From the NCBI RefSeq assembly GCF_021028975.2, contig NC_059425.1, positions 156,240,001-156,304,000 on the forward strand: a DNA stretch of 64,000 nt. Reading direction: 5' to 3'. Every line of letters begins with the position of its first letter. Position 1 is the first letter of the stretch. This document shows, piece by piece, positions 25,841 through 38,855 of the stretch. Source of the stretch: Sphaerodactylus townsendi (Eukaryota). Both the position numbers and the translations under genes were made by a program. The notes below the pieces were generated by a model, which saw nothing but the letters and a program-made list of their open reading frames with translations, did no database searches and had not been told where the DNA came from.

Positions 25841-26134
25841 AAGAAGAAGAGTTGGATTTATATTCCCCCTTTCTCTCCTGCAGGAGACTCAAAGGGGCTT
25901 ACAAACTCCTTTCCCCTCCCCCCTCACAACAAACACCCTGTGAGGTAAGTGGGGATGAGAGAGCTCAGAAGAACTGTGACTAGCCCAAGGTCACCCAGCT
26001 GGCGTGTGTGGGAGTGTACAAGCTAATGTGAATTCCTCAGATAAGCCTCCACAAATCAGGCGGCAGAGCGGGGAATCAAACCCGGTTCCTCCACATTAGA
26101 GTACACCTGCTCTTAACCACTATGCCACTGCTGC
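25841..26134 (-). mobile_element. Squam3-type tRNA-derived SINE, full length
   Basis: Minus strand has A-box TGGCATAGTGG, B-box-like GGTTTGATTCCC and a (CTT)n tail. Confidence 0.85.
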
Positions 26135-28814
26135 ACTGTGGCAGCAGGTGAGTTCAGCTGAGCGTAGGTGGGAGGGAGGCAAGAGGGGTGGTAGGCTGAG
26201 CAAGTGGGGGGGGGGCTTGTGGTGCATGTCATGTGAGCAGCCCATGCAAATGGGGTGGGGCAAGTGGTGGCGAGTTTGGCTGGGCGCGGGGGGAGTGGGA
26301 GGCAAGCAGCATGGCAAGCTGGGGAAGCAGACCAAGCCTTGTGAGTGGAATGGGCAAGCAGGAAAGTCAGGCAAGTGATGGTGGGCAAGTTTGGCTAGGC
26401 ATGGGGTAAGGCAAGTGGGACGGGCCATGCGAGTGGGACAGGCTGGGCAAGTGGCAGTGGGCAAGTTCAACTGAGGTTGGGCACAGGCAGGAGGGAGGGG
26501 CCAAAATGTGTCCCCCACATGACCCAGGCAAATGGCACCTGGGTCAAATGCCCCCTCTTGCCCCCTAGAGATGCTATTGACTCTTATTTTCATTTCTTCC
26601 TTCCAATACAGTCCTTCCCAAAACTACTTAATTCCAATCTTCTAAAGAAAGAGTCCAGTCCAAGCATGTTATACAGCATCTGGCAGAAAGGGTGCAATTT
26701 TTTACCTATTGCTCAAAGATCCTGCCCAAATCAGTGGTCTCTTACTACTATCAGCCCCTCATGGATGTCATTTTTGCAACAATTATTTTTTATGCTGTGC
26801 TATTGGAGATTTTTTTAAAAAAAAATTGGTATTTGCTAAGACATAACCGATAGCCATCTAGTTGAAATCTTAATGGAGTCATTATGTCATTATAGCACAC
26901 CTATGAAGGAAAGAACAAAATGAACTGGTGAGTTGCCATGGTAAGCATGATAACCATGCTTCCAAGAAAAAAGGTTGAGTTGCTATAGAGCACACATGGA
27001 AGGGAAAAATTGGGGGGGGGGGGGGAAATTGTGCAGAATACATCCACATATGGAAACTCCATTACCAACACATTTGTGTCTGCATTCACAGTGATGATAA
27101 AAACAAGGCATAATTCTGTTATGTAGAAGCAACAGCCTCCATATGTCACAGGCAAGACTGCATACTGGTACATGAATGGCCCAATCCAAAGTGGGGGCCC
27201 CAAAGAGAGTTGTGGAGGTGACAGGGTCCTATTCTGGCCAACTTGCCCTCCCTGGGGCACTTACCCCAGTGGAGGGGCAAATTTACTGGCAGGCAGCCGT
27301 CATGGCCCTCCACGATGGCTGGACACAGTGCACTGTGCTGTGTCTGTGTCCCTACCAGCTCTGATGGTTCAGCAGGGACATTCAAGAGGAGTGGCCGGGG
27401 GTGGAGTTGACGTTAGTCAGCTTCTACCCAGCTTTGCCCCCTGTGACACTGGCATCCGGGGCTTGGACTCACGCCTCTTTTTTGGGTGCATAAGCCCCTT
27501 GGCCCAATGGAGGGCTTTTGGATGGCGGGGACTTTTTTTGGTTTTTGCCTCCCCATACCACCAAAAATCCCCTCTGGAGGCAGCAGGGCAGCTGTGGCGG
27601 GCGTTGTGGCCACAGCTTGCCTGGGTAGCTGGGGTGAGGCTTGGGACACCAGGAGCTCTGAGTTGTCTGGTATGGAGTCCCTGGTCACCCCAGGGGCCTA
27701 GATTGGGCTCTCTGTCTGTACTATCAAATTCTGTCAATACTTTCAAACTGTGGGTGGGAATGATTGCTCCTGATACATTTGTCCCAACAGCATCATCAGC
27801 TTCATGAGAACAGTATTTCTGAAGTACAAACAAAGCATTTTTTAAAAGTTGACACCTGTGCTTGCAAACAAGCCTGTATAAAAGCAAGAGAACTAGAAAG
27901 AGCTTGTGCATTCACATAAATATCCTGTCATATCATTGGCTACCCTTACAAGCACGTAATTGTCTCTAGCCAATTGCAGGTGTTTATTTGCTTTTCATGT
28001 AGTTATTTTTACAGTCCAATTATCTTTTACATCTGCTTATACATATTATATAGAATATTTCACATGTAATGTAGATTAACTATATTTTATTGTATCTGAG
28101 AGACTGTTTTTCAACCAGTCTGTTCATTTTTCAGAAACACTAATTAAATGCTGTGTTTATTAGGATAAACATGTTACCTGCTTATCCAAAATTTATAAAT
28201 TGCAGAGATGCTAGACATCCAATTGGAGCAAATTTAATTTAGCTTTGGCAAAAAGAGTTATTGCTTTCAAGATAATAATTGTATAATGGGTCATGAATGG
28301 CAGTGAAGTGTTTTATACTTGTGGACCAAAATATATTTCAGGCTAATAATGCTGGAACACATATCCTAACTCATAAATTACTAAGAATTGTTTTAGCAGG
28401 TCTAGTTTGCTTCACAATACATTTCAAAACTAGGGGGGGAAATATATTACTCTTTTCCTGTACAGCATTATTGCTGTATCTACTGCTCCAAATAAGATTT
28501 TAGCTGTTTCCTCAATATAAGATTTCCTCAATATAAGATTTCCAGATATATACCACTGGGATCATATATTCGCCTATCTATGATTTTACTTGATCTCAGT
28601 GGTCCCCAAGAAGTATGTGCCAAAATATTTGGTAAAATTCAAATTTGGCTCTAGCAGACTTGAAATTTTTCATGAAAGCTGGATATTTGGGAACTTCTGG
28701 CTTCCCCCCAAAAAATTTGGTCCTTAAGACCTGTGTCCGAATTTTACCACCTCCTATCTCCCCATGTCCCCCTCCTCTCACCTTGAATCCAGCAATGGCG
28801 GTGGCTGCCTCCAA

Positions 28815-28955
28815 GGCTCATTCCGCACATGCAGAATAATGCACTTTCAAACTGCTTTCAGTTCTCTTTGAAGCTGTGTGGAACAGCAAAATCCACTTGC
28901 AAGCAGTTGTGAAAGTGGTTTGAAAACGCATTATTTTGCGTGTGCGGAAGGGACC
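28815..28955 (+). mobile_element. ~140-bp Harbinger-type MITE, with a partial 3' duplicate at 29013-29062
   Basis: GGCTCATTCCGCACA...TGTGCGGAAGGGRCC; the same family occurs at 46147, 53669, 54108 and 56483. Confidence 0.8.
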
Positions 28956-30839
28956 ATAGAGTCATATGAGAAAAGCATTACGAGGATAAAATGTAGAAAA
29001 GCAATGTTAATAGCTGTGAAAGTGGTTTGAAAACGAATCATTTTGCGTGTGCGGAAGGGGCCTAAGTCTCACATCGAGCCTGAGGCAGCAGCGGTGGATG
29101 TAGAGCTGCACACTGGGATTGACTGGTGTGAAGCTCTGCACTGGTCACCCCTGCCTGCCATTTGCACCCCCAAATTCTTCTTAAATTCAAATCTATCCCC
29201 TCGGAAATCACACACAGGAGAAATGGCCTAAGTCTTTATGGTATTGCACTATAGTGCCAGTTGTTTTAAAAACCCTATTGCAGCAACAGTAGTTTTAGTG
29301 CTCAGACGGTTGTAGATAAAATGAGAAATAGTGTTGACTGAAAAACAGTAGTACCAGAACCTACCACACATCAAGTACTGCTCTTCAGTTTCACATAATT
29401 TTTTGCAAAAAATCAGAGCTCTTATAAATACTGGGATCATAACAGGAAAAGAATATAAGATTATTACATCATCTGGAACCACTGTTGTAACTGCTGGAAC
29501 CACTGTTGTAACAATTGATGGCAGTTGTGCCATCACAGTTTATACTCTGTCTCACCAAAAGAAAAAAAAAACGTTACTTAATTCGCCACATGCTAGACAG
29601 TCTTGTTTTAGAATGCTCTGTTTGGAATGGCAAACCAAATCTGAATGTTTCTTGGTTGAAAACCCTATGGGATTGCCACAAGTCAGCTATGACTTAATGG
29701 CACTTTCTACCCCTACCAACACTCACAAGATCATTCAAGACAGATTAGAATGTGAAACTGTTAATGAAGTTCCAAAGAACCTGCACTGATCTTCAGAATT
29801 GAACAGGAATTTGAATCCAGACCTCTGCAATTTGAGCCACAACATATATCCAAGACATGAAAGTGGTAGCTTTTTCCTGCTACAGTTTATCAGAGGTAGA
29901 ATGGGAGAAAAAGTCCCTTTTCTTTGCCAGTGTTGAAAGCAAAACAGTGCTGCCTTGTACTGAACCTTGCAATTATCCCTATAATTAGAAGCTATCAATG
30001 GTATACTGCTAAACAATATAGTTGGGTTATATAGTTACTCTTGCAGAAAATGTATGTTGTGAAACATGAATCAGACTACATAGTAGTATGCTGTTTTAAT
30101 TTAAGTTTATAATTTGTATTTCAAACATACAACTTAATGCAAACTTAGAGTCTCTTCAAATTAATATAAACAAACACTATTCAGGCATCTGAATAACAAT
30201 TCTGATTCCTAGCTCTTTAATATTAAAATCCAAACATACCTGAGGTGTTGTTTCAAATACAAAGATGGCAGAAGGCCATATGGATGTTTCCAGGTGCTCT
30301 CCGTTGCCAAGGTCCCTCCTGTTGCTCTTATCTCCTCTAACAGCCAAGCTCCAAACCAAGCCAGCTTCCTCAAGCCTGCTGCAGACCTCACCACCCAGAG
30401 GATTACATGCTAATTAGCACACTTATTTGCACATGGCAAAAATCTTTTGTGGGAGGCTCATAGCACCTCAGTTTATTACAGCTTTTGCAAGCCAATGGAG
30501 TGAATTTCAATCACAGCCCCTTTAATTAATATTTGTGCTGAACTGAAAATGTATCCCATAAAGTGTTTAAATATGGGTTAAGTTGGCAAGATATTATAAT
30601 CTTTATCTACCCTATAACCCTATAAATGGGGTGGGGAAAAACATTGATACCTGAATTCAGAGAAGCCGTCTATATTTGGTTCATCTTTTTCATACAAATC
30701 CCAGCATTACATGGATAAAGGAATAGCCATAAAATCAGTTCTAAAAAACCCTGAGTTTCAAACCATGTTCACTATACAGAATCACTGTAGAGTAGTTTTA
30801 TTGGTTTGAAATGAGAATCTTAATCCATAAAATTAGACA

Positions 30840-31570
30840 AGATTTTTTTAAGATGCAGGACAAATCAATGACAAAGTCATTGTGAGAGTCTGAGGAAAAA
30901 TCAGAGAAGAGGAACAGGAAGAATTGGTGGAATAGAAAAGAAGTTAAGTGAAGAATGTTTGCTGTTGGTCATAGGGTAAAGTGCACAGGAGGGTCTGAAG
31001 TCAAGATCCAAGAGGAGGGGATTCTCAGTCTGCCTCAAATTCACAATTCACTTAAACAGCAGGGCCTGGATTTGAACCAATTTTAGCTCTGTCTAAATCA
31101 ACAGGACAGAATCGGCACACAACAGAGCAGCTTAACAGAATTGTATAGCACGTTTTTAGGAACCTAACATTGGGGGGAATCAGAGCAAGTGAGCAAGTTA
31201 TAGATGGGGGCAGCATAAGTGAACTACCCTATATAGCAAGCACATGTAGGAAGAGTGGAAAGAGAAAAGAGGAAGCTGAGCAAATTATCAAGGAAGGAAG
31301 TGGACAAAAGATCAGAATGGTAGAGATGAACAAATGTCACAAATCTTGGATGAGAAGAGAAATCAGATTGGACTGGGAGATCGATAAAAAAAGTCACTGA
31401 AGATGGCAGAGTATAGAATGATAAGATCCAGCTTCCTGGAACAAAACAACAGTCTAGCCATGCTAGTCTGGAAATCTAGACAGTGCTTGAATATGCAGCA
31501 AATGGATCTTTTATCATTTAAGAATAGCCAAAAGGCCCAGAATTCTATCAGAGCTGTCTGCAAAAATCAG
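30840..31570 (-). mobile_element. Ancient L2-like LINE 3' relic
   Basis: Purine-rich decayed sequence with weak L2 C-terminal-like remnants. Confidence 0.3.
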
Positions 31571-32914
31571 CAAAATTCATAGCCACCTTAAACTTTTAAT
31601 TCTATTTTGTAGCTCAGAAGTATTTGCTATTTTGTCTTTAAAGATAATTCAAAGCAGCCAGCAACAAACTTTTTTTCCCTGCCGGTCAAATTTTAGGTGT
31701 ATTCATATATTCAGCTTAGTTCAGGCCTACACACAGAGGCAATTACGCCTTCAGTGAAACAGAGAGATTTGGAAACATATCCATAAGGCAGGATTGCCAT
31801 CTTAAATGTGGGACAGAGCCCCGCTACTCTTAACAGAAGTTTGGAAAGTGTCACTTTTCTCCATGCATGTGCAGCACTCATAAGAAAATCTCTCTGTTTT
31901 GTAATTCTGCAAGAGCACTGTTTTGTACAACTGGGAGAAACAAATCAGCATAAGACTAGCCGAAGAGAATGTAAGTGTATAGTGATGGTTTGTAAAGCTT
32001 TTTACCCTTGAATAATCCTTCCATATTCACATGTTTGCTGTGTAATCCATCACATTTGCCAGGGAATGTTAGTATGCTGGATTCTGGAAAATAGTTTAAA
32101 ATAAAGGCTGAGGCCTTAGATGCCTCATAAGTCTTGATATTACCCTATCTGACACAAACATGTGATCTATGAACACTCACTATGTGTTACTATACACCAC
32201 CTAGGAAGATCATTAAAAAATGACAAGTTCACTTTCAGAGGAAGCTTGTCTATCTTTATTGATCCCCTCATTCTGTTTTCAAGAATGTTAAAAGTTTTCA
32301 AAACAACTTGAAAAACATTTGATAGAGTTGCCATTTGATAGTGATGGGAAGTTCTCTCCTAGAATTACAACTGATCTCCAGCCAACCAAGATTACTTGCC
32401 TAGAAAAAAATGGCAGCTTCATAAGGTGGAGTCTATGGTATCACATCCTCACTGAGTTCCCACCCCCTTCCAAACTGTGCCTTCCTCCACCTCTAAATAG
32501 TCAGAAACCTCTCAACCTGGAATTAGCTGGCGTACTACTAGGCCTGAGAAGAGAGCTCTTCTCTGGAGAGCTCAGATAGAGGGAGAAATTACGGATTATC
32601 AAAATATCCTAATGGTAAATACAGTCCTAATTAATAAACAGACATAATTAATCAAGGACTGAATTACTTTAACGTTAACACTTTATCTATGGAGTTCCAA
32701 AAGTACACGAGAATATTCAGGGATTTCTCTTCTGTAACTAATATGGAAAAACACTAACTACGGTTTAACTGCTTAGTTGTGATCATAACTTACAGACTGA
32801 CCTTGACCAAATCATTCAGTATTCTGCACTTTTTTCTCACTAATCATCTCTTCTGCCCTATTTATTAAATTGTAATCCGCCAGGGTTCTGTTAGAAGCGA
32901 GCATTAGCTTTGTA

Positions 32915-33130
32915 CAACTAAAACAACAAAGAGTCTGTGGCACTTTAAAGACTAATGAACATATTTGTGGCACAAGCTTACTTGAACCAGAACACATTAC
33001 TACCTGATGCATGAAGACGATATCAACTTCTGTTTACAATCAGGCTATCAACAACAACCATACTACATGTATCTTAAAACGTGGGCTGTAATTTATACCA
33101 CAATATCTTTGTTAGCCTTCAAGATGCTGT
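32915..33130. mobile_element. Penelope (Neptune-like) pseudo-LTR relic
   Basis: gagtctgtggcactttaaagactaa..aagctt..gatgcatgaag, with a partial inverted copy ttgttagccttcaagatgc. Confidence 0.5.
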
Positions 33131-33330
33131 TGGTGATAATGGACATCCCTCACCCTAAAATCTCCCTCACCAAATAAAAGCATATTGGGATTGCCACAGA
33201 TGGCTGGCAACCCTACTAAAATCCCCACTTTTAAGGTTCAGAATAGAACTGCTTGTGTCACAAGATGCCATGATGCCTCTACGAGCTCCCCCCCCCCCAA
33301 ATATGTATGTCCCGCCGAAAGGCCCAAGAA

Positions 33331-33334
<4 letters not shown>

Positions 33335-33372
<38 letters not shown>

Positions 33373-33383
33373 CGTGCGTGCGC
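33335..33383. repeat. (TG)n/(TGCG)n microsatellite
   Basis: Directly visible. Confidence 0.95.
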
Positions 33384-33561
33384 ATACTGGTAGCTAGTTT
33401 GTGTTTTTATTTCATTTTGCTTTTGTATTTTACCTATGGCTGTTTCCACACTGGTTATCTGCTAGGTTCAATGTTTTTTTGGAAGCAGGATTTATTTTCC
33501 TGCTTCGCCACAGCATTGTGATGCATTCCTGCACATATTGTGGTTTCCCCAGGTAATCTCT

Positions 33562-33849
33562 GGGCCCTTCCCCACTTACCCTAAGCCCGCTGGGCTTACT
33601 CGAGGGAGAGAAGCTGGGGTCCTCTCGGCGCTTCCTTCACTCGAGAGGGCGGCGACAGCGCAGCCGCCCCGACGCTGCTGCTGTCGCGCCCCTTAGCGCG
33701 CGGTATCCCTGGCGCTCTTTCAAAGGGCGCCTTTTGATGACCCCGCGCAGAGCGCGGGGTCGTGGGGAAGCCCGAGCGCGCGCCAGGGATGCTGCGCGCT
33801 CGGAATTGCGGGCAGCAGCCCTCGGGAAAAGGTAAGTGGGGAAGGGCCC
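33562..33849. mobile_element. PIF/Harbinger MITE nested in an older Harbinger-like element (~33438-33930)
   Basis: 19-bp TIRs GGGCCCTTCCCCACTTACC / GGTAAGTGGGGAAGGGCCC; 3-bp TSD TCT; CpG-rich. Confidence 0.85.
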
Positions 33850-34615
33850 TCTGTCCTTTCTCAAACCTGATGTGCTCCTAAGTTTTGGGAAAGATCATAG
33901 TAAAACCTGGATAACTGCAGTGTGAGTGGGAAAATTCGGATTTTCCCATCTACATGGCAACCATCTTCTCTGATCCTGTCCCTGTCCTTTCTCTAACCCT
34001 GACTTCCCGCTGCCTCTGGGGAGCTTTTTATTTTTTAAAAATGGCACAAGAACACTGTTATTGTGATATAACTTTATGGCAATACGTGTACCTGATTCTC
34101 TGAATTCCCATCTTTTTAAGTCCCCCTTCCATTGCAGAGGCATAATTAAAAAGGCATATAATCACAGTGGAAGAGGCCAGAGACACCTGTTTTTAATACA
34201 AGTTGGAAATTCAGAGAACCTGGCACACATATTGGTATAGCATTATAGTGATATGATATTCTACTGCTGATATTTTTTAAATTCCAAAAACTCTTAGTGT
34301 GGTTATAGGGCTGAGGCAGAGAAACTTATAATGTGGAAGCCGTATTGCTGCTGTGCTTTACCACCAGCTGCACCAGCCATAGAGAAACCATCCAAGCCTG
34401 TCCCTGTGTAGAAAGGACCTGGTAGCTGAATCCCAGCTGGAATTGAATTTATTCCCAATCACGCCCATGCCCTTTACTTTTGCCTATCAATACATTTCTT
34501 TCTTTTTCCTGAAATAATGTGTTGCTATGTTTCTTTGAGCATTCAGCATGTGCCCCTCAAAGTGCTTAGCAGTACTACTCATGGAAAGAAGGAGAGGCTT
34601 AATTTTCTTTCAGAT

Positions 34616-34732
34616 TTTGTTGAAGGCTTTCACGGCTGGATTCAACTGGTTTTGGTGGTTTTTCCAGGCTGCATGTCCGTGGTCTGGTGACCAGACCACA
34701 GAAACACAGCCCGGAAAACCCACCAAAACCAG
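34616..34732. mobile_element. Short inverted (palindromic) Penelope pseudo-LTR insertion
   Basis: ttgttgaaggctttcacggc.. end, then inverted arms centred on ggtctggtgaccagacc; 11-bp TSD TTCTTTCAGAT at 34605-34615 and 34733-34743. Confidence 0.8.
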
Positions 34733-34789
34733 TTCTTTCAGATATGTTTGTTCTCCAGTAACCCCTCAGACCATAAGCAGTGATTTTAT

Positions 34790-34955
34790 NNNNNNNNNNN
34801 NNNNNNNNNNNNNNNNNNNNNNNNNNNNNNNNNNNNNNNNNNNNNNNNNNNNNNNNNNNNNNNNNNNNNNNNNNNNNNNNNNNNNNNNNNNNNNNNNNNN
34901 NNNNNNNNNNNNNNNNNNNNNNNNNNNNNNNNNNNNNNNNNNNNNNNNNNNNNNN
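34790..34955. other. Assembly gap (N run)
   Basis: N bases. Confidence 1.
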
Positions 34956-36219
34956 AGGTAAGCAGAAGCACTCTCCCCATGAAAGTTTCTTTTCCCACTT
35001 TTGGAGGCTTCCCAGTGCCTTTCCATACACACCCTAAGGGTATTCCTGATACATCGTGATAGGTGCCATTATAGTCTGTTAGTTGGACCACAGCGGACTA
35101 ACTTGGCTACTCAGCTGGTTTTTCTTACAACTGTTGTCAATTATCAGCTGGGTTGGTGTGTTTTTTGCAAGGTTATAGTGGGCAATATGCCATCCATGTG
35201 TCATTTCAGACAAGCTGGTCTGCTTCCTTGCCCTCAAAGGACAAGTCTGCATGAAAAAAAAAGTTAGAGACTTGGTTAAAATATGCAGTTCAATCACTTA
35301 TTTCCCATTTGATCCTTACATGCACAGGGTAAAATAGAATAATCTCTATGCATGCCAAGCTATACATAAATATAGCAGGCAGCAGCAATTTCCATAATCA
35401 CTGGGAAGTGACACACTATCAGAAACTGATGTCTCCTGTACATGCACGCACAGCTAATTAAAGATTTCTTCAAAGCATCCATATGCTATGATAGTTACGC
35501 TCAGGGGCAGATCCTTTATTATGGAACCTGTTAGTGTTGAGTCATAGTTGGTTATTTTCCTTTTGGTGGGAATTTGTGAATGTATGATAATTTTGTAATC
35601 AATATGATTAAAATTCCAGGTTTCAGTCCTTTCCCCAAGGTCCCCAGATGATCAGTTTCTGAGGGATGGGGCAAATGATCTTGTCTCTTGCGACACATGA
35701 ACACTAGAATACTATCTATTACACACTGTGCAATTTTACATGATGCAGCTGGAGTTATCTGAACTGTCAACAACAGTTATGCTTTTGGTAGGATATCTTT
35801 AACAAACATAAACACCCTGTTTTGTTTAAGGATCAAGATTGGTTTTTGCAAAGTAGATCAGGATTGGCTATTGCAAAGTAATGAATGCAACATAGATCCA
35901 ATAGAAAAAGCCTTCATTATATGTGTACACAAGGGAGTTCCAGCCCATTATCCTTGTTGTAGAACAGTTCCAAGCAAGCATCTCCACTGTCATCTGTGAG
36001 AAACTAGATGTTATCATTGTTTGATCACATAAGAATATATAGACAGTCTAAACATAATAGTGGGGAAACAAATCTGGTCCACCAGATAAAACTCTGTGGC
36101 TTGTGTAGAGGAGTGGGGAATCAAAACCTAGTTCTCTAGATTTGGTCCTTTTGCTCTTAACCACTACACCATGTTGTTTAACAGGCATCCCCCACAGACA
36201 CCTACACCATGTTGTTCAA

Positions 36220-36905
36220 CATTGTTCAACACACCATTAACAGTGGGGATTAATTTTGCAATGATCTCCAGTGCTTTAAAGGAGGCCATAGTGAGACTGC
36301 TCTTTAAAAGATTCTCTTGATCTAGCCAATTTCCGCCTGATGTGGAATCTGTCTTCCCAAGATAAGGTGATTGAGACTGTGGCTGATGAACAGCTCCAGG
36401 CATCTGGGAAAACAACTGATCCTGGACATATTCCATCAGGCTTCTGGGCAGGCCATGGGTAGAAATAGCTTTGATCATCCCCATAGATGACCTCAGAGTC
36501 ACCTGGACTAAGTGAGTTGATCCTGCAAGTATTATTAGATCAGTGTTTGACTTGGTTGACAATGATATTCTGATCAACTGCCTTGTCTGTGTGGGGATAT
36601 CTGGGACAGCCCTACAGTGGTTGTCCTCCTTTCTTCATGATCAAGGACAGAGAGTTGAAATTGGTCATAGAACCTCCACCCATCATGAACTGGTGTGTGG
36701 GGGTCCTGCAAGGGGCAATTCTTGCACCATTTAATATCTATATACACTCTCTTGCCAGGCTGATCTGGAGGTTCGGACTAGGTTGTCATCAATATGTTGA
36801 TGATACCCAGTTGTATCTGATGATGGACAGTCATTCAGATGCTGCCCCAGTTGCTCTAGAGTCTAGACAATTGTCTGGAAGCCATAATGGAATGGATGAA
36901 AAAGA
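36220..36905 (+). mobile_element. L2 LINE reverse transcriptase fragment
   Basis: FDLVDNDIL..GTALQWLSSFL..GVLQGAILAP..CHQYVDDTQLYL across ORFs 36543-36951. Confidence 0.9.
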
Positions 36906-36911
36906 GCCAGA

Positions 36912-37060
36912 TGTCAGGACGCCAGTTCCATTTCCTGCAGTTTCTCTGTAAGTTTCATTTCTCCAAACTCCAAAGTTCCCGCCACTAGAGGGAACCACCC
37001 ACCGACACACCTCATATATACTGGGACTGAGGGCAAGAACCCTCAGTTCCAGCACCCTGT
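36912..37060 (+). mobile_element. Gypsy-type LTR 5' fragment interrupting the L2 relic
   Basis: TGTCAGGAC start, ccactagaggga motif, TATA-like catatatac. Confidence 0.45.
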
Positions 37061-38674
37061 ATCTAGGGCGACATAGATCAATTCAGCCTTACACCAGCTA
37101 AAATGAAAAAGAGCCCAAAAGAGGAGGGGTGATATAAAAGCGTAATAAAATAAAATAAAAGGAATAATAAATATCATAAAAGAAAAACACTACAGAACTT
37201 TTAAAAAAATTATCTTTACCAAGGCTTCCTAAAGTGGTGTTTCTGATACATCTAGAGGTGAAAACATATGGGCTCAAGAACAGTTTTGGAGGAAGATTCA
37301 AATAACCGCTTTTCATCTTCCTTCCCTAGACAGTGTCTGGACACTGCTGGATATTGTGCTATTATTGCACTAAAGAAATAACTCATAACTGTCATTTTCT
37401 AGCATGGACAAGACAATCAAGTTGTGAATGAATGCTATACTGCAATGTCAGCACAATATCCAACAGTATACGGACACAGTCTTGATAGCATTCTTTGTAA
37501 AAGAAATACTCTATTATGGTTTTATTTAATTCACAAAGCATTTTCCAGCTATGTCTGTTCTTATACAAATATTTGTGCTGTTCTTTATTTTGTTTGGACT
37601 ACTTTCCTTGTTGTCAGTTAGAAATGAATAGCTCTAGATGCCCATATCCTTTTAGAATACACCATGGGGTACGATTGTTCTGTAACACTCATTCACCTAT
37701 TGCTGAGTCATTAGATAATACAGAATATAAACAGGATGTATACTATTGATTGAAAGGGAATTCAAACTAATGGTGGGCTCCATCATATTACACAGCTGTT
37801 TTGTGGCAAGCTAAATGCCTCCAACTTGTTTGTGGGCAATCTTCCAACTCCTAATAGGGTTGTGCAAAAAAATTCAGAAAATTGATTGGGTCAAGGAGTC
37901 CAGTCTTATGGGGCCCCAAATGGAAGAGAAGTAAGAGCCCATAGAATTGGACCCCCAAGCTAATATTTACCAAACTTGATGGTTTAAATTTGCCTTGGTT
38001 TATATGCGAATGGAGCATGCTCACATTGAAAAGGCAAATCCATCATATTCAACTGTAGCTTGGCCCAGAGTTATATCAACTGCCCTACAAATCTGCAATA
38101 ATCAACTCAACATGTCAAAGGAGAACATAATTTCTGGTATTAAATATGTACCAATTCTTACTGTTTTCCTTTGGTTTGTCTATTATATTCTTGGGCATCT
38201 AAAATGGTTCTTAATAGATCTCCGGCATGCGCTTTCTCTTGTTCTGATTACTAGGCTGTTCTTGAGGTTGGATTTTGAGTCAATTGGAAGTAACTTTGCT
38301 TCATTTTTTAAAACACCTCAATATACACAGAAAAAACAAAAAGCCCTAATATGAGAGATACATTTTCTATTTTTGAGACAAATTCCGTGAACATTATCTG
38401 GTGCAAACACACCTTAAAACAGAATAACCTTTTGCTCTGTTCTGCTCTACAAAGGGCAGAAAATGCAATCCGTTATCATTGAAATCAGCAACAGTTTTTG
38501 CATTCGCTTCAATGGGGCACAGACTATACCCATAGGGTTGGATCCATAAAATTATTAAAAGGAGGCAAATAGATGTTTTAACCTCTTTCTGCAAGTATGT
38601 ATGCAGTAGTCTACAAAACAGTCCACACTATTATATATCATAGATAACAGACTTCTATTTTTGTTTTTTTTTTG

Positions 38675-38855
38675 CTATGAAATCACAGCTGACTTATGAT
38701 GATCCCTACAGGGACATTCAGAGGTCATTTGCCACTGCTTGCTTCCATGTCATGACCTGGTATTCCTTAAACGTCTCCCATCCCATCCAAATATTAACCA
38801 GGGCTGACCCTGCTTAGCTTCTGAGATCAGACCAGATTTGCTTAGCCTGGGATAT
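38675..38855 (-). mobile_element. 5S rRNA-derived SINE with RTE-type tail
   Basis: Reverse complement of the 10330-10538 family (ccctgcttagcttctgagatc...). Confidence 0.7.

Larger units (their letters stand above)
25573..26579. mobile_element. Old hAT-like non-autonomous element containing a minisatellite and a nested SINE
   Basis: CAGTGG.. left end; ..gcccccctagagatgctattg right end; TSD degenerate. Confidence 0.4.

Noticed and set aside
27172-27807. Longest ORF (211 aa) as a protein-coding gene
   Set aside because: Lies within a GC-rich MITE-family copy; no recognisable domain
34548-35091. ORFs spanning N runs (also at 51934 and 59938)
   Set aside because: Artefacts of assembly gaps
38162-38320. 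Minus-strand coding exon (donor ACA|GTAAGA)
   Set aside because: Stops in all frames across the block and a weak acceptor; it may still be conserved non-coding sequence
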